Made by a program: the position numbers and the translations under genes. A model generated the notes under the pieces. The model was given only the letters and a program-made list of their open reading frames with translations. It was not told where the DNA came from and did not search any database. A DNA stretch of 64,000 nucleotides from Dehalococcoidia bacterium (GTDB lineage Bacteria > Chloroflexota > Dehalococcoidia > Plut-88900): assembly GCA_965249275.1 (NCBI GenBank), contig CBDFLQ010000007.1:160001-224000 (forward strand), read 5' to 3'. This document shows, piece after piece, positions 57,706 to 64,000 of the stretch (within the stretch, counting starts at the first letter, position 1; every line of letters begins with the position of its first letter).

Positions 57706-59037
57706 CTATGCCGATGGGCCTGTCGAGTAGGAGCGGTTTTTGAGGGAGTCGGTGAGTTGATTTCGGAAGTTGGGATGAGCGATGTTTGTGAGGGCTCTGG
57801 CGCGCTGTGATGTGGTCTTGCCCAGGAGGGAGGCGACGCCGTATTCGGTGACCACGTAGTCGGCGAGGGTGCGGGGGATGGTGACGCTGGCCCCGGCGTC
57901 GAGGAAGGGTACAATTCTTGACTGGCCGTGCTGAGTCGTGGAGCGAAGAACGGTTATGGAGCGGCCACCTCTCGAGGCCAGGGCCCCGATGACGAACTCC
58001 TGCTGACCGCCGGGCCCGTTGATGGGATGAGACCCCTCGGCGGACTCAACGTTTATCTGACCGGACAGGTCCACGGATGCGGCCCCGTTGATGGCTACCA
58101 TGTTGTCGTGGGCTGAGATGACCCGGAGGTCGTTCGTGTAGTCGACATCCCGGACCTCGACTTTGGGGTTGTTTGCGGCGAGGTCCGTTTCCCGGCCTGC
58201 GCCTGCCAGGGCAGACGTGACGGCCTTGCCTCGATCCTGAGTCTTACGACTGCCGTTGATCACGCCCTCCTCGACGAGGGGGAGCATTCCGGGGGCCATG
58301 ACTTCGCTGTGTATGCCAAGGTCCTTTTTCCCGTCGAAGATACCGGCTCGGGGCAGGGACATGCCGACACGGCCCCAGCCAATCTGAATGGTATCGCCAT
58401 CGTGGATCAGTGCGCTCACGTGGCGGCCCATCTCCCGCACGGCGTCATCAGGATCCGGGATTGAGTGGTAGAGCACGGGGCCGGTGTCCGGGTTTTCGAC
58501 GAAGCAGTCGATGTCCGTCACGTGGATGCTGTTCGTGCCGTAAGTCCTCATTGTGCGCGGGTCGACCTCTACGATGACCATGCGAGCACTGGCGGCGAAG
58601 GAGCGTTTGTTCCACAGGCTGTGGCCAAAGCTGCAGAAGCCGTTCTGGTCAGGCGGGGAGACGACCGCGAAGAACACGTCGGGGCGCTGTTCTTCCAGGC
58701 CACGCTCCTCGATACCCTTGAACATTAGGGTGAAAAGGGAGGGCAGGTACTCGGCGCGGCCGTCGTCGAGGAAGGGGCGGTAGGTGTAACGGTAGGAGTT
58801 CTGGACCTGGACGTTGAAGGAGGAGTCGACGCCGGGGTCGAACCAGCCGAGCTCGTTGGCGGGGCCCGCGCACTGGATGATGACGTTTTCTATATCGCCG
58901 GCTCGGGCCTGTAGGCCTGAGGCCAAGAGCCTAGGTTCTTCGCCGAGGGTGATGGCGACTCGGTCTCCCGAACGTACGTGGGAGACGGCTTCTTCCAAGG
59001 GGACTGTTCTGGAGCGGTAATGTTCGGGCCAGCCCAT
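57706..59037 (-). CDS. Acetyl-CoA hydrolase / 4-hydroxybutyrate CoA-transferase family
   Basis: VSPPDQNGFCSFG, DGDTIQIG, LGIHSE, GPGGQQEF, YVVTEYGVA, IAHP. Confidence 0.9.
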   Translation of the reverse strand: MGWPEHYRSRTVPLEEAVSHVRSGDRVAITLGEEPRLLASGLQARAGDIENVIIQCAGPANELGWFDPGVDSSFNVQVQNSYRYTYRPFLDDGRAEYLPSLFTLMFKGIEERGLEEQRPDVFFAVVSPPDQNGFCSFGHSLWNKRSFAASARMVIVEVDPRTMRTYGTNSIHVTDIDCFVENPDTGPVLYHSIPDPDDAVREMGRHVSALIHDGDTIQIGWGRVGMSLPRAGIFDGKKDLGIHSEVMAPGMLPLVEEGVINGSRKTQDRGKAVTSALAGAGRETDLAANNPKVEVRDVDYTNDLRVISAHDNMVAINGAASVDLSGQINVESAEGSHPINGPGGQQEFVIGALASRGGRSITVLRSTTQHGQSRIVPFLDAGASVTIPRTLADYVVTEYGVASLLGKTTSQRARALTNIAHPNFRNQLTDSLKNRSYSTGPSA

Positions 59038-59154
59038 GTTATGTGATTCCTAGCGGGCTTTCGGACTGGTTGGTGCGTTGTTTCATTGGGGGTTTGTGTA
59101 ATTGCTCTTTTGGGACGGGATCACCCTCACCCCCTCGAGGGACTCGGGGCAGGC

Positions 59155-60455
59155 TGTACGACCGGGGACATGGGTAACAGTTAGACCGAGGACATAGGTA
59201 ACACTTTGACTGGGGTTTTGTCGACCCTTCTGGTGGGGTCATCAAGGAGTCCGATGATGAGTGGCCCGAACTGTATGGACCAGGTTCGTTCGTCTATCTG
59301 GACCAGGCCGATGGGTTCGCCCTTGAGGGACTCGCTCACGTAGAGCATATCTCCCTTCCACTTGATCTGTCCGTTGCTGCGGACACTACGTACGGTGACA
59401 CCGGCGTTGTACTCGGGCGAGCTGATACGTGTGGGATAGGGTCTGATCGAGGGCGTGTACAGCCGGCTTGGTGGTTGCTGCCCCAGGGCCTCATGTGGCC
59501 TCTCGAAGTTGTAGGTGTGTCTGAAGCGTTCGAGGGCTCTGCGTTGTCGTCTCCAGTTGGCCTTTGGAGGTGTTGCGGTCTCGGCCTTGAGGGTCCGGTG
59601 AAGGCGCTCGATGCGTCCATTCTGTTCGGGGTGACCGGGCTCTATGCGTTCGGGTACGATCCCGAGCTTGACCCACCATGCTGAGAGTGGTGAGAGGCTG
59701 CCCAGACCCACACTGGCGAAGGGCGGACCATTGTCGGTGCGTATGGCCCGAGGGATGCCGTACTCTCGGAAGGTTCTCTCCAGAGAGCGCTTGACTTCCG
59801 GGCCGGCAGGGCGGTCGAGAGGGTCGCATACCAGTAAGTAGCGGGACATGGCGTCCTGGGCTGTAAGGGGGTCTATCCGCATTCCGTCATCCGTGCGGAA
59901 CCAGCCCTTCAGGTCGATGGCCCACACGTCATTGGGGTGCCGGGCGTGGGCGAAGGGCTCGCCCCAGCGTGTAGCCCTGCGCCGCCGCTTGCGCCGCCTC
60001 ACCAGACCCACACGGTCCAGTATGGCGCCCGCAGTACTGGAGGAAGGCCAGGGCACGTAGGGCTCGATGGAATGCAACCAGGCGACGATCTTCTTCGGGC
60101 CCCATGTGGGATGGGTGCGCTTCGCCTCGATGATACGCTTAGCCACCTCTATGGAAGTGGCGTTGGGATGGCTGTGAGGAGCCCGGCTTAGGTCAAGTAG
60201 ACCGTCCTCACCATACGCCTCGTATCGGCCGATTATCTTGTAGCCCGTCTTGCGGCTGATCCCGGACCGGCGGCACAGCTCAGCAATAGTCTCCTCTCCC
60301 GCAGTGTGACGCTCGATGAACTGCAACCGCTCCGATTCTATGCTCGTGTCTTTCCAAGGCAACACATCTTCCTCCTCTGGGATTGCCTAATACAATCCCA
60401 CGATGTGTTACCCATGTCCCCGGTTTATGTGTTACCTTTCTGCCCGGTCTGTACC
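59155..60455 (-). mobile_element. IS481-family insertion sequence (second type)
   Basis: TGTAC-type ends with repeated GGACAT(G/A)GGTAACA subterminal boxes in inverted orientation; no clear TSD. Confidence 0.85.
59181..60365 (-). CDS. IS481-family transposase
   Basis: PWKDTS start, HTH (ISRKTGYK), WAIDLKG, RTDNGPPF, PEQNGRIERLHRTLK, YNFERPHEAL. Confidence 0.93.
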   Translation of the reverse strand: MLPWKDTSIESERLQFIERHTAGEETIAELCRRSGISRKTGYKIIGRYEAYGEDGLLDLSRAPHSHPNATSIEVAKRIIEAKRTHPTWGPKKIVAWLHSIEPYVPWPSSSTAGAILDRVGLVRRRKRRRRATRWGEPFAHARHPNDVWAIDLKGWFRTDDGMRIDPLTAQDAMSRYLLVCDPLDRPAGPEVKRSLERTFREYGIPRAIRTDNGPPFASVGLGSLSPLSAWWVKLGIVPERIEPGHPEQNGRIERLHRTLKAETATPPKANWRRQRRALERFRHTYNFERPHEALGQQPPSRLYTPSIRPYPTRISSPEYNAGVTVRSVRSNGQIKWKGDMLYVSESLKGEPIGLVQIDERTWSIQFGPLIIGLLDDPTRRVDKTPVKVLPMSSV

Positions 60456-60655
60456 CACCCTAGCCCTCTCCCATCGAGGGAGAGGGGATAGGACCTCCCA
60501 ACTGCCCCAGGGCAACCACGAGGGTTGTGTAACGGTATCATAGAGGGAGTTGGAGGTGTGAGTGGGCAAGTCCTAGATTCCTCGCGGAGCCTCGGAATGA
60601 CAGGGTAAGGGTGGGGCCTTGGGATGGGAGGGGGGCGAGAGGGAGGGAGGGGGGG

Positions 60656-61801
60656 CTAGGCGACAGCGGTGGTTGAGAGCTTGTCGACTATTAGCTTTCT
60701 GAGGTCGGGGAGGCCGGTTCCACGGAGGGCGGAGATGGCTACCATGTCCTCGGGCATGCCCCACCAGTCAGGGTCAGGGGCGCCGTTGGAGGGACTGCTT
60801 CCGTTGGTAGGGAAAAGGTCCATCTTGTTGAGGACGACTATGGCGGGCTTGTGAGACAGGTTGAGCTCTCCGAGGATTTTCTGAACTTCTTCGACGTGCT
60901 CAGGAGCGTTTGGGTGGACTACGTCGACGACGTGGAGGAGAAGGTCGGCGTCTGCAAGCTCTTCCAGGGTTGCGCGGAAGGCGGCTACCAGGATGGCGGG
61001 GAGCTTTTGGATGAAGCCGACGGTGTCGGTCAAGAGGACCTGACCTAGGGGATCGATGTGCCAGCGGCGGGTGACGGGATCGAGGGTGGCGAATAGCTTG
61101 TCGGCGGCGAGAACTCCGGCGCCGGTCAAGGTGTTTAACAGGGTGCTCTTGCCGGAGTTGGTGTAGCCTACGAGGGCTACGATTGGCAGGCCTCGCCTGC
61201 GCCTATCCTCCCGATAGAGGTTGCGGTGAGTCCTGACGTCCTCGATTTCCTGCTTGAGGCGATGGATCTTGTTTCTAACGAGGCGGCGGTCGGTCTCCAG
61301 CTGGGACTCGCCGGGGCCTCGGGTGCCGATTCCTCCGCCGAGCCGTTCGAGGTGCTTCCACTGGCCCGCGAGCCGCGGGAGGAGGTATTCGTGCTGAGCA
61401 AGCTCGACCTGGAGGCGGCCTTCTCGGGTGCGGGCTCGGGAGGCGAAAACGTCGAGGATGAGGGCTGTGCGGTCGATGACCTTTGTTTTGAGCCTATCTT
61501 CGAGGACTCTCTGTTGGGATGGGGTAAGCTCGTCGTCTACGATGACGGTCTGGTAGTGAAGCTCGCCTTTCAGGTTCTTAACTTCTTCCAGTCTGCCCTT
61601 GCCGAGATAGGTGTGGCTGGGTCTCGGGAGTCGCTGGGAGACGATGCCCACTACCTCTGCGCCGGCGCTTTTGGTGAGGAGGGCGAGCTCGTCGAGGGAG
61701 TCCTGGAGGCGCCAAAGGCTTTCGACGCCTCTGACGGAGGCCCCGATAAGGAGGGCCTTCTCGGGGGACGGGTAGGTCGAGATGGAGTTGCTACGGCCTA
61801 T
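60656..61801 (-). CDS. hflX: GTPase HflX (probable ATA start)
   Basis: IGTRGPGESQLETDRR, GYTNSGKST, LFATLDP, DTVGF, NKMD; conserved N-terminus extends upstream of the ORF-track start. Confidence 0.92.
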   Translation of the reverse strand: MGRSNSISTYPSPEKALLIGASVRGVESLWRLQDSLDELALLTKSAGAEVVGIVSQRLPRPSHTYLGKGRLEEVKNLKGELHYQTVIVDDELTPSQQRVLEDRLKTKVIDRTALILDVFASRARTREGRLQVELAQHEYLLPRLAGQWKHLERLGGGIGTRGPGESQLETDRRLVRNKIHRLKQEIEDVRTHRNLYREDRRRRGLPIVALVGYTNSGKSTLLNTLTGAGVLAADKLFATLDPVTRRWHIDPLGQVLLTDTVGFIQKLPAILVAAFRATLEELADADLLLHVVDVVHPNAPEHVEEVQKILGELNLSHKPAIVVLNKMDLFPTNGSSPSNGAPDPDWWGMPEDMVAISALRGTGLPDLRKLIVDKLSTTAVA

Positions 61802-62078
61802 GGGGACCTCCGGTTTTGGTTGCGCTTATGTTAACCAACCTTTGTCGTAGGACTTTGGCGTGAATGCTGTTTAGGATTAGATTCACCCTCACCCTAGCCC
61901 TCTCCCGTCAAGGGAGAGGGGATTGGACCACCGCCCCGCTCATACTTCGACGGGGCTCCCGCCTCGGCGGATCTATGACAGCACGAGCGGCCCCGGCCCC
62001 TTTGACATTCGGCATAGAAAGGTCTCATCAAGGGAGAGAGACATATACGCTGAGGGTTGGGATAAGAAAGTATAGAGG

Positions 62079-63239
62079 TCACGAGGCTAGGGATTCTATG
62101 CGGGCTAGGGCTTCGTCGATGCGGTCGTCTGGGAGGGACATGGAGAGTCGGATATAGCCTTCTCCCTGCTTGCCGTACCCGGAACCGGGGGTGACGACGA
62201 CGGCTACCTCGTCGATGAGCTTGGCGCAGTACTCGGCGGAAGTGTAGCCCTCCGGGACACGGGCCCAGAGGTAGAAACTGGCCTGGGGGGGCAGCACTCG
62301 AAGTCCGAGTTTCGCCAGCCCTGCGACCAGCTTGTCGCGGCGGCGCTGGTATATGGCTACATTCTCGTCGACGCAGTCCTGGGGGCCTTCAAGGGCCTCG
62401 AGGGCCATGTACTGGATGGCCTGGGGCAGGCCGGAGTCCATGTTGGACTTCACGGTGTTCAGGGCGTTGATGAGCTCAGCGTTGCCGACGGCCATGGCGA
62501 CTCGCCACCCGGTCATGTTGTAGGTCTTGGAGAAGGAGTGGAACTCAATGCCAACGTCCTTGGCGCCCTCCGCTTCCAGGAAGCTGGCGGGCCGGTAGCC
62601 GTCGAAACCGATCTCACTGTAGGGGGCGTCGTTGCAGACGGCGATGTCATGCTTCTTGGCGAATTCGACTACACGAGAGTAGAAGTCCACGTCGGCTATT
62701 GCGCCAGTGGGGTTGTTAGGGTAGTTGATCCAGAGGACCTTGGCGCGCTGGAGAATCTCGGAAGGGATGTCTTCGAGGTCGGGCAGGTAGCCGTTCTCCT
62801 CCATGAGGGGGACGGGATAGCTCTCTCCGCCTGCGAAGAGGGTGCCCATCGAATATACGGGGTAGGCGGGATCGGGGACGAGGGCGATGTCTCCGGGGTC
62901 GATGAGGCAAAAGGCGACGTGGGCGATGCCCTCCTTGGAGCCGATGAGTGAGATGACCTCAGAGTTGGGGTCTAGGTCGACATTGAACCTGGACTTGTAC
63001 CAATCGGCGACGCCCTTGCGGAACTCGGGGAGGCCGTCGGACTCTGGGTAGCGGTGATTGGCGGGGTTGTGGCTCTCCTTGTACAGCCGGTCAAGGATGT
63101 GGGGCGGGGTGGGGAGATCGGGGTCGCCGATGGCGAAACTTATGACGTCATGGCCCTCAGCCTTCTTCTGAGCGATTTTCTGGTTGATGGCGACGAACAG
63201 GTAGGGCGGGATGGCATCAAGCCTTTTTGCTATCCTCAA
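62079..63239 (-). CDS. dapL: LL-diaminopimelate aminotransferase
   Basis: IPPYLF, IGDPD, GSKEG, NYPNNPTG, SFSKTYNMTGWR; TTG 63239 after GGAGG; adjacent to dapF. Confidence 0.85.
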   Translation of the reverse strand: MRIAKRLDAIPPYLFVAINQKIAQKKAEGHDVISFAIGDPDLPTPPHILDRLYKESHNPANHRYPESDGLPEFRKGVADWYKSRFNVDLDPNSEVISLIGSKEGIAHVAFCLIDPGDIALVPDPAYPVYSMGTLFAGGESYPVPLMEENGYLPDLEDIPSEILQRAKVLWINYPNNPTGAIADVDFYSRVVEFAKKHDIAVCNDAPYSEIGFDGYRPASFLEAEGAKDVGIEFHSFSKTYNMTGWRVAMAVGNAELINALNTVKSNMDSGLPQAIQYMALEALEGPQDCVDENVAIYQRRRDKLVAGLAKLGLRVLPPQASFYLWARVPEGYTSAEYCAKLIDEVAVVVTPGSGYGKQGEGYIRLSMSLPDDRIDEALARIESLAS

Positions 63240-63240
63240 T

Positions 63241-63999
63241 TTAGTTTCCTCCGACGCCGGGCTCTTCCCAGACGCCTGTAAACACGTATTCGGCGGGGCC
63301 GGAGAGGAACACGTCACCCTCGCCATCCCACTCGATGACCAGGGAACCGCCAGGAAGTTGGACGTTGACGAGGCTATCGGTGAGGCCGTGAAGGCAGGAG
63401 GCGACGGCAATGGCGCAAGCACCCGTGCCGCAGGCAAGGGTCTCGCCGACGCCGCGCTCCCAGACTCGAGCTCTGACGTGACTTCTATCGATTATGTTAA
63501 CTATTTCGAAATTGACGCGTGCGGGGAAGAATGGGTGGTTTTCGACTCGGGGGCCGACGTCTGAGAGGGGGAACTCGTCGACGGGGATGTCGGTGAAGTG
63601 GACTGCGTGGGGGTTGCCCATCGATACGCAGGTCACGGGCACCGTCCGGTCGCCGAGCTCTACCGGGTAGTCCTTGACGACAGCGGGGCCGTCAGAAAGG
63701 GCGACGGGGACCTGGGATGGGCGGAGCCGGGCCGGGCCCATGGAGGCGCGCACGGAAGAGACGCTGCCGTTGTTACGGGAGAGTTCAATCTTTCCTACGG
63801 CGCCGAGGGTCTGGACTACAAGCCGGTCTTCCGGTGCGGATACGACACCCTGCTCGACGACGTACTTGGAGAACATACGGATGCCGTTGCCGCAGGCCTC
63901 GGCCTCCGAGCCGTCTGGGTTGTAGATCTGCATGCGGCAGTCGGCCACGTCGGATTCCCTGATGAGGAGGATGCCGTCGCCACCGACGCCGAAATGTCG
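63241..63999 (-). CDS. dapF: Diaminopimelate epimerase (5' end outside window)
   Basis: RHFGVGGDG, NPDGSEAEACGNG, MGNPH, ERGVGETLACGTGA. Confidence 0.95.
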   Translation of the reverse strand, partial: RHFGVGGDGILLIRESDVADCRMQIYNPDGSEAEACGNGIRMFSKYVVEQGVVSAPEDRLVVQTLGAVGKIELSRNNGSVSSVRASMGPARLRPSQVPVALSDGPAVVKDYPVELGDRTVPVTCVSMGNPHAVHFTDIPVDEFPLSDVGPRVENHPFFPARVNFEIVNIIDRSHVRARVWERGVGETLACGTGACAIAVASCLHGLTDSLVNVQLPGGSLVIEWDGEGDVFLSGPAEYVFTGVWEEPGVGGN

Positions 64000-64000
64000 G

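Noticed and set aside
63240-63437. N-terminal extension of the dapL ORF
   Set aside because: Overlaps dapF in another frame; TTG 63239 has a GGAGG RBS

Overview
GC-rich bacterial chromosome segment, probably Chloroflexota (Dehalococcoidia/SAR202-like). This is inferred from the expansion of luciferase-like monooxygenases, amidohydrolases and class III CoA-transferases and from the dapF-dapL-hflX block; it is not proven. About 45 CDS were called. Most are catabolic or tailoring enzymes (6 LLM-family oxidoreductases with 4 in tandem, 3 amidohydrolases, 2 non-canonical M24 hydrolases, a hydantoinase/oxoprolinase A-B fusion, 3 methyltransferases). The rest include transporters, an LprG/LppX-lipoprotein + MFS + SppA operon divergent from plsY, and housekeeping genes. 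Mobile DNA comprises four apparently complete IS (2 IS481, IS1182, IS5), a 134-bp MITE and two orphan IS481 ends. No rRNA, tRNA or CRISPR was recognised. The most unusual signals are non-coding. (1) Four families of REP-like palindromes are strand-polarised and flip orientation together with GC skew at the IS5 (15.3-16.5 kb). (2) A family of 21-22-nt hairpin micro-inserts is inserted into those REPs and recursively into itself. (3) Every IS/MITE sits in or abuts a REP. (4) A 10.5-bp-phased GATTG array of about 15 helical turns lies beside a small basic putative DNA-binding protein. (5) hflX appears to start at an ATA codon. All family calls come from motif recognition by eye; no database searches were run.
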